A stretch of 63,600 nucleotides of DNA, the filler included, from Octopus bimaculoides (lineage: Eukaryota): assembly GCF_001194135.2 (NCBI RefSeq). It is 4 parts of 4 records of this genome, joined end to end, with 100 filler letters (N's around TTAATTAATTAA, not from the genome) between each part and the next. Parts side by side here need not be neighbours in the genome. Positions count along the whole stretch, not along the records: positions 27,319 to 55,092 come from NC_068982.1; 3 more parts are not named here. The stretch is one strand, 5' to 3'. The notes under the pieces are model-generated. The model saw only the letters and a program-made list of their open reading frames with translations, was not told the DNA's origin and searched no databases. The position numbers and the translations under genes are program-made. Numbering within the stretch: position 1 is the first letter of the stretch; each line of letters begins with the position of its first letter. Of this stretch, positions 37,400 to 48,586 are shown piece by piece.

Positions 37400-38090
37400 C
37401 ATCATCATCATCATCATCGTCATCATCATTGACATCATTATATATCTACTTCTCATGTTAGCACAAGTTGCACAGGTTGTCCCAGTCTGAGTCCATTCTT
37501 ATTCAGAAGTACTGCATCCTCTTAAAAGGGTTAAAGAACCATGTTTTAATGGTATGTTCCATTTTGACAAGATATGTACAGCCGGACGGACTTGATGGCA
37601 CCAACTACTTTACAGAGTGTACTGGGTGCATTTTGCTGATGCATCAGCATGCAATATTATTTTTCAAAAAAACCTTCGGGTTTATTTTTTTTTTGCACTG
37701 GAAAAAAAAACAAAAATACAAATCCAAACATATATTTACGGTGCTGAAGATGTGTGCTGAGGATGCTGTTGCATTCCATCTCTGATTACAGGAGTCAATG
37801 TCTCATCTGGTGAAACAGTTCTGTAGTTGTTTCAGTTTCTTCCACCCTAACGCTAGTGTTGTCTGGGGCCACCCACCAATGTAGGGGACAAAATTCCTGC
37901 ATAACAGTATAAGCTTTGTTAAGTCAGATATTGTGATTCTGGGCCAAATGTTCCTACCATCATCACTGCACATTTATCTTCTCTTTTCAGACAGATGTAA
38001 TGGTTTGCTTTCTCAGTGGCTTCCAACAATTTTCTGGCAACATCTTTTGTCTCCTTTTGCAGCTAGTCCACAACTCCGAGACAGTGAGTG
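37400..38090 (-). mobile_element. Highly decayed RTE-type LINE 3' part with (GAT)n tail
   Basis: (CAT)n on + followed by sequence similar to 43322-43560; minus-strand YCYAG..GG....LGWKKLKQL resembles the RTE FCYLGD..GGG...GWKKFREL motif. Confidence 0.35.
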
Positions 38091-38249
38091 AACCATGGGT
38101 CCAGCAAATTTTCTAGCACCTGTCTCTAAAGGAAGGCAAATTTCTTCTCATCTGTTGAAAACAGATACAGATATCAGTAACATAGTACCATACATTGCAG
38201 TTCTATGTTTAAGAGATGAGGAATTATGCTCAATTCCAGGCAGTGACCT

Positions 38250-38257
38250 GAATAATA

Positions 38258-38302
<45 letters not shown>

Positions 38303-38311
38303 GTAATAATA
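38250..38311. repeat. (AAT)n microsatellite
   Basis: Seen directly. Confidence 0.95.
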
Positions 38312-38543
38312 ATACTACTCCAGAAGCAAGGGAAACTAATACAAATAGCCACAAAACACGAGCAAAACAAAAAACTGTTTTCAGTATTTAAGGAAGCTGA
38401 CAAATACAAACAAGAAATCAATCTACCTAACAAATACGAAGAAGAAGAAGAAGAAACAACAAAAGCTATAAAACAAATGAAATCCAAACTAAAACTAGAA
38501 CAGCAACGGACCATGATAAAACGATGGCAAGAAAAGCCCCTAC
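38312..38543 (+). mobile_element. Non-LTR retrotransposon ORF fragment, probably R4/Dong-like (RLE type)
   Basis: 77 open codons running into the gap: ILLQKQGKLIQIATKHEQNKKLFSVFKEADKYKQEINLPNKYEEEEEETTKAIKQMKSKLKLEQQRTMIKRWQEKPL. The W..KPL(HG) end resembles the post-RT region of R4/Dong-type ORFs. Flanked by (TAA)n. Confidence 0.5.
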
Positions 38544-39465
38544 NNNNNNNNNNNNNNNNNNNNNNNNNNNNNNNNNNNNNNNNNNNNNNNNNNNNNNNNN
38601 NNNNNNNNNNNNNNNNNNNNNNNNNNNNNNNNNNNNNNNNNNNNNNNNNNNNNNNNNNNNNNNNNNNNNNNNNNNNNNNNNNNNNNNNNNNNNNNNNNNN
38701 NNNNNNNNNNNNNNNNNNNNNNNNNNNNNNNNNNNNNNNNNNNNNNNNNNNNNNNNNNNNNNNNNNNNNNNNNNNNNNNNNNNNNNNNNNNNNNNNNNNN
38801 NNNNNNNNNNNNNNNNNNNNNNNNNNNNNNNNNNNNNNNNNNNNNNNNNNNNNNNNNNNNNNNNNNNNNNNNNNNNNNNNNNNNNNNNNNNNNNNNNNNN
38901 NNNNNNNNNNNNNNNNNNNNNNNNNNNNNNNNNNNNNNNNNNNNNNNNNNNNNNNNNNNNNNNNNNNNNNNNNNNNNNNNNNNNNNNNNNNNNNNNNNNN
39001 NNNNNNNNNNNNNNNNNNNNNNNNNNNNNNNNNNNNNNNNNNNNNNNNNNNNNNNNNNNNNNNNNNNNNNNNNNNNNNNNNNNNNNNNNNNNNNNNNNNN
39101 NNNNNNNNNNNNNNNNNNNNNNNNNNNNNNNNNNNNNNNNNNNNNNNNNNNNNNNNNNNNNNNNNNNNNNNNNNNNNNNNNNNNNNNNNNNNNNNNNNNN
39201 NNNNNNNNNNNNNNNNNNNNNNNNNNNNNNNNNNNNNNNNNNNNNNNNNNNNNNNNNNNNNNNNNNNNNNNNNNNNNNNNNNNNNNNNNNNNNNNNNNNN
39301 NNNNNNNNNNNNNNNNNNNNNNNNNNNNNNNNNNNNNNNNNNNNNNNNNNNNNNNNNNNNNNNNNNNNNNNNNNNNNNNNNNNNNNNNNNNNNNNNNNNN
39401 NNNNNNNNNNNNNNNNNNNNNNNNNNNNNNNNNNNNNNNNNNNNNNNNNNNNNNNNNNNNNNNNA

Positions 39466-39512
39466 TAATAATGATAACAATAATAAAATAATAATAATAA
39501 TAACAATAATAA

Positions 39513-39586
<74 letters not shown>

Positions 39587-39627
39587 TAATAATAATAATA
39601 GTAATAATAATAATAATAATGATGATG

Positions 39628-39673
<46 letters not shown>

Positions 39674-39708
39674 TAATAATAATAATAATAATAACAACAA
39701 TAATAAAA
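39466..39708. repeat. Long (AAT)n microsatellite
   Basis: Seen directly. Confidence 0.95.
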
Positions 39709-40199
39709 ATGACAACATCAAAAAATACCTTAAGAATGAGAACCCAGGTTTGAAATTTCACCAAGACACCTGATGAAGGCTGGAGAGTAACAAACAAGAT
39801 GAGGACAAATATCCGTCAAATGTAAATAATGTAATTCCATACATGTCAAAGTGACTGAGAGTGTCATCAATATTATATTGTCTGCATCTCTATACAATAC
39901 TCTGCCCCACCCCCACCATCCACATGTCACCACTTCATGGTGAATGAACCTGGTCTATATTTGGTCATCTATTTATGCAGACACAGAAAGTTTCAGTATT
40001 ATTAGTACATTCACCAGTGACATCCTCCTCCTCCTCCTCCTCATCATCATCATCATCATTCTCAATTCTCACCATGCAATTTTTAAGGCCACTGTAGCAT
40101 TTAAGTACATGTTAAAAATATGCATATTTTTCTTTTTGCTCATTTTCCTCAATGTGATCATGTAAATGTAACAACCCAAAATAGTTCAACAGTGCAGGC

Positions 40200-40345
40200 A
40201 TGACAGCTTCCCAACCACATGATTCCAGGTTCAGTCCCACTGCATGGAACCTTAGGCAAGTATCTTCTACTATAACCTCAGGCCTACCAAAGCCATCTGA
40301 GTGGATTTGGTAGATAGAAACTGAAAGAAGGCTGTCATATGTGTG

Positions 40346-40381
<36 letters not shown>

Positions 40382-40585
40382 AGTTTGTGTTTGTCCTCCA
40401 CCATTGCTTTGACAACTGATGCTGATGCATTTACATACCTGTAATCTAGTGGTGCAGCAAAAGAGACCAATAGAACAAGTACTAGGCTTCAGAAAATAAG
40501 TCCTGGGGGTCAATTTGCTTGAATAAAACCCTTCAAGGCTGTGCCCCAGCATGGCCACAGTTAAATGGGTGAAACAAGTAAAGGA
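40200..40585 (+). mobile_element. SINE family B, head slightly truncated
   Basis: CCAACCACATGATTCCAGGTTCAGTCCCACTGC...CTTAGGCAAGTATCTTCTACTATA...(TG)n...CCAGCATGGCCACAG...GAAACAAGTAAA. Confidence 0.8.
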
Positions 40586-42218
40586 TCTCCTAATAAAATA
40601 ATGAGCATAGTGTTTTTATATATTTGTCCAGAACCACGTCGGACACAGAGGAGGAGAGAAAATAGTAATTTGGTGAAGGAGATGTAGTGAGAGTAATAAC
40701 CCTGACTGAGATGGAGTGAGAGAACGTAATAGCAACAAGAGAAAAGAAGAGGAGATAGATGAATAAGGAAGGAAGGGGTGAAAAAAAAATCAGCATTTCA
40801 ACTCTGTGTGAGTATATGTGTGTATGCATGTGTGTGTGTACAAGGGAGGTACGTGAATGTTTATATGTGTGATTATTATGCACCTTATGTTGTACCTTAT
40901 TTATATATAAAATACTACAATTAGCCATTATTATTGACAACGCATGATCAGCTAGTATATGATAAAGCTCTGCTAAAGCCCTACTAATACAAACCTTACA
41001 AGTGAACTTTAAGATTTTGCCTGTCTGGACAGGCCACATGGCTACCACCACTAAGTCGCATCTCTGTCTCTTAAGATCTGCATGGAGCCAATATCATGAC
41101 ATCATTCATTCTGTCGAATTGCTGCTTCAGTATCAATACCATTCAGTGACATAGAACAGGTCACTGGGAGTTCACATACAATGTCTAATACTATTTGAAA
41201 TGTGACAGATACTGTCAATTTAGGTTTCCCAGAAAATGTTTTGCTTTGCACAGAAATTGTCTTTTTACATTTTTTAGTATCTCCAAATAACACCATCAAG
41301 TCATCAAAATTCTTTTGTGGTCATGGCAATGTCATCTTATGACCAACTACAGACACATACACACATACAGACATATGCACATGCACATAAGTGCACAGGT
41401 ATACACACACACACACACACACACACAGAAGCACATTTACTCAGAGAGGCACATAAATACATATACACATACATACACATGCAGCATCAGTAGTACATAC
41501 AAATACACATGCACACATACGTACACATACATATACAGGTATACACACACATGCAAAAACACACATACACATATATACAGACACACACATTCAAAAACAC
41601 ACATACACATATACATACACATACACATGCAAAAACATGCATACATGTACATACACACAAAAAGGCACATACACACACATAGAACACACACATACACATA
41701 GTGCTTATCATTAGCGATAATGTAGTTTATTTGTAAAACTGTGTCGGATGCCAAAATTGCTCAATATTTCTATTCATTCCAATAACCAATTTTGAATTGT
41801 CACAGAACAATCAAAATATTAAAATAAAAGCTATGGATTTTTAAAATATTCTTTTGCCACAAAAAAAAAGAAAAAAGGAAGTAAAAAAATCACTGTGAAA
41901 ATTTTGCTGCAAAAAAATCAACTTCACAGATTGTTTGAAAATTATTTGATGTTTAAAAAACTCAGAAGACTGATATTTTGTATCTTTTAAAGATAAAATG
42001 AAAAAGATAGGTGGAGTACCACTCACATTTTATGAAAAATATTCTACTTGTGTAATTTGATCTTTTGTTTTGTTTTGTCACACTTTCAGTTACAAAATAA
42101 TATACTTCTAGCAAGGCTCTTCAACAGATAATTTAAATGGTATTTGTTTTAAATATTCTGCTAAACAGTATTTGTTTTCAAATATTTTGCTAGACACTAA
42201 TCATTCAAAATATTTTAA

Positions 42219-42397
42219 CCCTTTCACTACAGAAATCAGATATATTGGTGCAGTGTGGTAAGCAGCTTGATTACCAACCACATGGTCCCGGGTTCAGTCC
42301 CACTGTGTCACACCTTGGGCAAGTGTCTTCTACTATGGCCTTGGGCTGACCAAAGCCTTGTGAGTGGATTTGGGAGTCGGAAAATGAAAGAAGCCTG

Positions 42398-42434
<37 letters not shown>

Positions 42435-42862
42435 TGCGTGTCTGTGTTTGTCCCCGCACCATCGCTTGACAACCAATGCTGGTGAGTTTACGTCCCCGTA
42501 ACTTGGCAGTTCAGCAAAAGATACTGATAGAATAAGTACTAGGCTTACAAACAATGAGTCCTTGGGTCAATTTGTTTGACTAAAGGCAGTGCTCCAGCAT
42601 GGCTGCAGTCAAATGACTGGAACAAATAAAAGAATAACAAGTAAAAAGTAATATCTACTCAAGTTTTGTTATCCTTAAGTACCAAAAGCAGTTTTACATA
42701 CCAATCTATCTTTTGCGGAGGAATGTTATGCTTGAAACTAATTTTTAAAAAAATATGTTTATTAAAGCAATGTGACTTTCAGAAAATACTAATTCTACCT
42801 TTTGGTAAATATCTAGCATCATTACTGGAATAATCATGAAATTTAATTTTACTGTGAAAGGG
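42219..42862. mobile_element. Possible piggyBac-like non-autonomous element carrying a SINE
   Basis: TTAA-CCCTTTCAC at left (42215-42227) and GTGAAAGGG-TTAT at right (42854-42866): 9-bp inverted ends starting CCC with a TTAA/TTAT flank. Confidence 0.4.
42250..42640 (+). mobile_element. SINE family B, full length
   Basis: Clear head (GTGTGGTAAG...GGGTTCAGTCCCAC...CCTTGGGCAAGTGTCTTCT), internal (TA)n, tail ...GTGCTCCAGCATGGCTGCAGTCAAATGACTGG. Confidence 0.9.
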
Positions 42863-43199
42863 TTATTACATAGTAATTGTTCAAAACATTTTGTTAAACA
42901 GTAATTGTTTTGAATATAGTACAAAATTGTTATTGTTAAAAATATTTCCTACATAAAGAATTGAGGTAGATAATCTTGTTTCAATTTTTGCATGTTTCTT
43001 AGACAGGTGGAATGGTAGTTCCCACAATCCTTTGCAGGTCTAGTGGGAGCAAGAGAGGAATTGGCCCTTAAACCCAAGACCAGACTCCAATGCTTCTTTA
43101 AACATTTTGTTACTATATTCCCATTGAAATTCACTGTGTTTGTTTCAGTTAACATTGAAAATAAAGAAGTTATATAACTTTGTCGATATTAAGCTGAAT

Positions 43200-43322
43200 T
43201 AAAGCAGCAAGCTGTCAGAACCATTAGCACACCAAGCAAAATGCTTGGCAGTATTTCAGCCATCTTTACTTTCTGAGTTCAAATTCCACTGAGGTTGACT
43301 TTCCTTTCATCCATTCAAGGTC
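43200..43322 (+). mobile_element. SINE family A, 5' part
   Basis: AGCTGTCAGAACCATTAGCAC...CTGAGTTCAAATTCCACTGAGGTTGACTTTCCTTTCATCC. Confidence 0.7.
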
Positions 43323-43560
43323 ATCATCATCATCATCGTTTAACGTCTGCTTTCCATGCTAGCATGGGTTGGACGATTTGACTGAGGACTGGCGAACCAG
43401 ATGAATGCATCACGCTCTAGTCTGATTTGGCAGAGTTTCTACAGCTGGATGCCCTTCCTAACGCCAACCACTCAGAGAGTGTAGTGGGTGCTTTTTACGT
43501 GCCACCGGCATGAGGGCCAGTTAGGTGGTACTGGCAACGGCCATGCTCAAATGGTATGTA
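43322..43560 (-). mobile_element. RTE-type 3' tail fragment ending in (GAT)n
   Basis: Minus strand reads GGTTGGCGTTAGGAAGGGCATCCAGCTGTAGAAAC...CCAACCCATGCTAGCATGGAAAGCAGACGTTAAACGATGATGATG; a shorter fragment at 43868-43925. Confidence 0.7.
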
Positions 43561-43954
43561 AACGGATATTTATCAGGTTACTAAAAGTTTCATATTTTAT
43601 TCCTACTTGCAATTGTTAAACTCCTGGACAACGTCACCTAACAGATGTGTTGGTGTGTTCAGTGGCACATGAATTAGCTGACTATGACTGGGTGTTGTGT
43701 AGACTGATATTTAGTTTGGAAGAGAGCTTTATGAAATTTTAAGTTACCCAATGGTTCTCACACTACATAAATACATACATTCATTCATTCATTCATACAC
43801 ACACGTACACACTCACACTCATAGACATATTATATATACACATATATACACACATATACACAGGTACACATCATCATTATCATCATTTAAGATCCAATTT
43901 CCTTGCTAGCATGGGTTGGACATATATATATGCATATGTATCTATCTCTCTCTC

Positions 43955-43985
<31 letters not shown>

Positions 43986-44306
43986 ATATATACATATATA
44001 TATATATTTATTTATTTATGTGTTTCAGCCAAGTGGCTGCGGTCATGCTGGTGCACCACCATGAAAATATATATATATATATATTATATATATATATAGA
44101 TAGATATTTGAGAATTATTCGGTCTTAGTAGACACATGACATGTGATCTTCTTCTAGCACATTAGCAGTCCACCTAGTGGCCTCCTTTATATATATTTTT
44201 ATATATACTTATATAGATAGATAGATAGATAGATACATACATTCATACATACATATGTGTGTGATTGTGAGTGTGTATGTGTGTGTGGTGGGGGAGAGAG
44301 AGAAGA

Positions 44307-44888
44307 CAAGGATTCTCTTCTTGTGTCTAGTTTAGCGCTTGAGTGCACACTGAAATGTAAATCATGTTTTTGTTCCTAAACCATGTTTTCTAGCCTCTAG
44401 ATAAAATTTCAAACTCATTCTATAAATTTTATTTTCACAGACTCTTCTCCATTCTAGCTCAGCAATGATATGCATATTCACTCTCTATTTCTTTCTGCCT
44501 ATCCAGTTGTCTCTCTCTCCTTATCTCTTACTTTCTCTTTCTCTCTCTCACACTCTCTCTCTCTTTCTCTCTCTCTATCTATCTCCCTATCAACTACCCT
44601 CTCCTCCAATATCTTCAATATTTATTCACTTTTTCTCTTTGAGGGAAGATGTTGTTTGTTATTATTAATGAAAACTAAATGAAAATTTCCAATTTACCTT
44701 TTAACTTTCACCATCAACAATTAATATAAGTGATCCATTAACTCAAGAAGAATTGTTTTCTTGTCTTTAGTTTACCTCTTCAATGCACACCAAAATATAA
44801 ATCATGTTTTTGTTCCTGCAAGAATTGCTTTCTTGTGTCTAGGTTACATCTCCAATGCACACCAAAATACAAGCCATGGTTTGGTTCC
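44307..44888. repeat. Three copies of a ~71-bp unit (44307-44377, 44747-44818, 44819-44888)
   Basis: Unit CAAG(A/G)ATT..TTCTTGTGTCTAG(G/T)TTA....C.ATGCACAC..AAAT..AA.CATG.TTT.GTTCC, seen directly. Confidence 0.8.
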
Positions 44889-45152
44889 AACTAATGCACC
44901 ACCTGTCCTACCCCTTCCACCACATTTGCGCCATTGACTTTAATTTTCTCCCTAATTAACTAATAGTCTGGTGTCAGCGTCATTCTGAGACTACAGCTGC
45001 AAGCTACCCATACCATACGTACCTAAGTACATACATACTTAAGTACATACGTATGTAAGTATATATGTAAGTACGTGCGTACTTACATACATACATACAT
45101 ACATACATTACATACATACATCTTACATTACATACATACTCACTCACACATA

Positions 45153-45900
45153 CAGCCTTGGCCAAAAGTATTAGATCACTCCAATGTTTCTGCTACCTCA
45201 ATGTTAATGAAACTTGTGCACATGGTAGATTATGGTATTATTCACAATATACACTAGTTTTAATACCTGGTTGACCCTCCTTTATCATCAATTACCGCTT
45301 TTATACTGTACTGTACATATGCAACCAATTATGAGTAAGACCAACGTCCAAAATTAACCTGTGTTTCCTTGATTATTTCAGAGTTTTATGCTAGAATATG
45401 TTATAGATACAGTTAATAAACAGTAAAATGCCTAAAACAAGAGAGTTGAGTGAGTGTGAGCGAGGTCAAATCGTAGCTTATCATGAAGATGGAATGTCTC
45501 AAAGGCAAATTGCTCAGAAGATGAAATGTTCTCGATGTGCGTTGCAAACGACTCTCAAGCGCTTCAGAGAGACAAAAGATGTGAAGACAATACAAAGAAC
45601 AGGTAGAAAAAAGGTTACATCACCTCGTGATAACAGATCCATCGTCCGTCAGTCGCTCAGAATCAGGAGAAAAACATCGTTGGGGCTCTGTGCGGACTTC
45701 AATGCAGCAAGTACTTCACAAATATCTACATTATCGCGACAATTATTGTATTGGACATGACGGGCAAACCAACATGGCTTTTCTAGCGTGCAAGTGGTAT
45801 GCGAGAAATGCGAAGAAAAAAAAAAAAGAATCAAGGTTCCATCAACAATAGAAATTTCTGGAAACGAGCCAATCACTTCTTCACCGACAAATCAGGCGAT
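45153..45900 (+). mobile_element. Tc1-like transposon, 5' half
   Basis: TA-CAGCCTTGGCCAAAAGTATT left TIR; ORF 45428-45760 MPKTRELSECERGQIVAYHEDGMSQRQIAQKMKCSRCALQTTLKRFRETKDVKTIQRTGRKKVTSPRD (paired-like HTH, GRPR-like TGRKK); remnant FFTDKS near 45885 (first catalytic D). Confidence 0.8.
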
Positions 45901-45999
45901 CGTACTAGTCAGATAGACAGATTTTATTCTCATCACAACGGGAAATAGGATTGGTGGATTATCCTAAAAGTTAAGTCTTTCGTCAGTAAACAATATATT

Positions 46000-46541
46000 T
46001 CTCAACACATATTAGTGATTAGTAACTTGATCGTAAGTGCGATGTGAACTCAGAGACTAAGTAATTTGGAGAAAAAAGACAGGGAAGCTGTAAGATTCAG
46101 AAAAGTCCTAATTAACGATTATGACTGAAACAAGGAAGAAATAAAGCTTCATAACATGAAGGAAAACTGAAGGTTTCTACAAAGCAACTCGCTGATTTCT
46201 AACGATTATATCTATAGCTGGTACATGATCCCTACCAAATGATAGGTGACGGAGAGATAATACCATAAAAGCGAAGAGATATTTGAAATTCTTGAAGGAA
46301 GAAGACAGCAGAGCTATACGAAGTCGCTAGTAAAGAAGATAGACATCAGATGTTATTAAATCGGAATAAACAAGTATTTAGATGTTTGCACATGCCCTGC
46401 AACATGAGGATCAGAGTCGTAAGATGTCCTGCATTGCAAGACAGCGTGGTAGAGAAATGTTTTAGAAAAGTGCTTTAAGGATGGCAGCAACGTACTTGCA
46501 CTCACCGATGCTCAATAAAAAGGCAATTTGAAAGTAGGCCC

Positions 46542-46585
<44 letters not shown>

Positions 46586-46900
46586 CCAATCATCCAAGTT
46601 TACAGTAATGTGATTGATGGAAAGGTTAAGGATATGGATGCAGGAAAGTCAGTTTGTCTGATAGAGTTGCCGAAACGCTGGAAATATTTACCAAGGTTGA
46701 ACGTGTGCTAGCTACGCTCATAATCAATCAGATTGTACAGGAAGGTGTCATACTCAATGACTGGTGTTGCAATGTCACTGCAAACACTAAGTTGATGATG
46801 CTGGTTATGAAAATTACTGAAAGTGTTCAAGAAAATGTAATTAGAAGAACTAACCTAGATAAGATGCAACTGACCTCCAGAGACAACGTAGTGAGGACTT
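46000..46900 (+). mobile_element. Decayed RTE-clade LINE fragment (pre-RT and RT start)
   Basis: HEDQ..K..CIARQ, DGSNVLALTDA, INQIVQEGVILNDWC, VMKITE.V....IR....LDKMQL resemble RTE ORF motifs (G.IP.DW, MK..ERV, LD.MQFGF). Interrupted by (GT)n(AG)n. Confidence 0.6.
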
Positions 46901-47527
46901 CTCTGAAGCCATGCACTTCCTACCACCTGAAGAGTTGTAAATATTGCCAAATGCAATGGTCGACGCGAAAGTGTCGATAACTTTCTAACCAGGAATGTAC
47001 TACTCGACAATACGCACGAACGCAAACGCACACACACGCACGCACACGCACGCACACACACACATACACTGTATATATGCATATCATTATTGAATTTATT
47101 TCAATGTTTCTTGCCAATAGAGAATGAACCGGTTTCTAACCTAGATCCAAGGTTCCTTCATTGGAATTTCAACATCAACAACAGGGCATGTATGTATGTA
47201 TGTATGTGCAGATTTGTATGTTTTATGTATGTATTCTCATGCATATAGTTACATATCTAAACATGCCCATTTCTAGTTAAATGATAAACTTCTGGAAAGC
47301 TTTACAGATTTTTACATTTCCAGTGATGGATTGGATCTGCAGTCTTTCATGACAAAATTATTTTAGCATTTTCTATATTGTCTTATTTTGCTTTTACATA
47401 TCAATTTGTGTGTCCCTTTTCAACACACACACGCACGCACGCACGCACGCACACATACACACACACACATATATATAAATTCACGCGCGCATATATATAT
47501 ACACATATATGCATGAACGCTTGTATA

Positions 47528-48150
47528 CGAGGATGAGTCAGTAATTAATTTACCGAGTACTTAATGCTTTCCTTTAGGCAAGAAAGTTAGTCATGCGCAT
47601 ATCACGAGACAGGGGAATGGTATCTCACGTCAATATGGCGCAGGTTTGCACTTGAAAAGTCAATCAATTCGTTGTTGTTATTACGTTAACCATTATCACT
47701 CTGATTTCTCTTTACTCCGAAGTAGAACAGTGTCCAGTGGTTCATTTTCTCTACACTGAGAGTACATCCATTGAAGCCTCAGCACAAAATAAGAAGAGTG
47801 CTTTGCAGCAATGGATTGTCTATGAATGAAGTGTAACATTAAGTTAATGGTTGCGCTAGTACTTTGCATCATGAAGGAGCTGGACGTTCGACCCTGTCCT
47901 GTGCCGATGACAATATTGAAGTAGTCAGTGGAATGGTTCCCTTGAATAAACTGATGACGATTGATGAATTATATGCAAATTATAATATGCAATAATAAAA
48001 TGAAAATTAGTTTTGGCTCTGCCAATGACGTCCTCCACAGTAGACATAGTTATGATCAACATAATAACAACGCTTCACATTCAAGTCTACACTACGATGG
48101 CCAGAGAAGGATTTTATGTGGTGAGCGGACAACTAATTTTCACAGTAATG
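47528..48150 (+). mobile_element. Mariner 5' fragment
   Basis: TA-CGAGGATGAGTCAGTAA TIR-like start; remnants EQCPVVHFLYTE, VYE*, GAGRSTLSCADDNIE, MTIDEL, ISFGSANDVLH (mariner HTH region). Confidence 0.6.
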
Positions 48151-48169
48151 GGGGAAAAAAATGAAAACA

Positions 48170-48586
48170 CCTTCTTTTCTTTTCTACTGTAGGTACAAGG
48201 CCCGAAATTTATGGGGAGAGGGCCAGTCGATTAGATCGACCTCAGTACGCAACTGGTACTTGATTTATCGACAAAATGGTACTTCATTTAAAGGCAAAGT
48301 CGACCTCGACAAAATACCGCTAAGCATTTCGCCTGGCGTGTTAAACGTTTCTTATTTCTTTATTGCCCACAAGGGGCTAAACATAGAGGGGACAAACAAG
48401 GACAAACAAAGGGATTAAGTCTATTACATCGATCCCCAGTGCGTAACTGGTACTTAACTTATCGACCCCGAAAGGATGAAAGACAAAGTGACCTCGGCGG
48501 AATTTGAACTCAGAACGTAACGGCAGACGAAATACCGCTAAGCATTTCGCCCGGCGTGCTAACGTTTCTGCCAGGTCGCCGCCTTA
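48170..48586 (-). mobile_element. Composite SINE family A (long-tail copy followed by a short-tail partial copy)
   Basis: 48345-48586 is nearly the reverse complement of 54788-55020; 48170-48340 carries the alternative tail (TTCTACTGTAGGTACAAGGCCCG on +). Confidence 0.85.

Noticed and set aside
41000-41330. Possible RTE/BovB-like RT remnant on the minus strand (DDIA..., IDTEAAIR)
   Set aside because: Similarity is too faint to support by eye.
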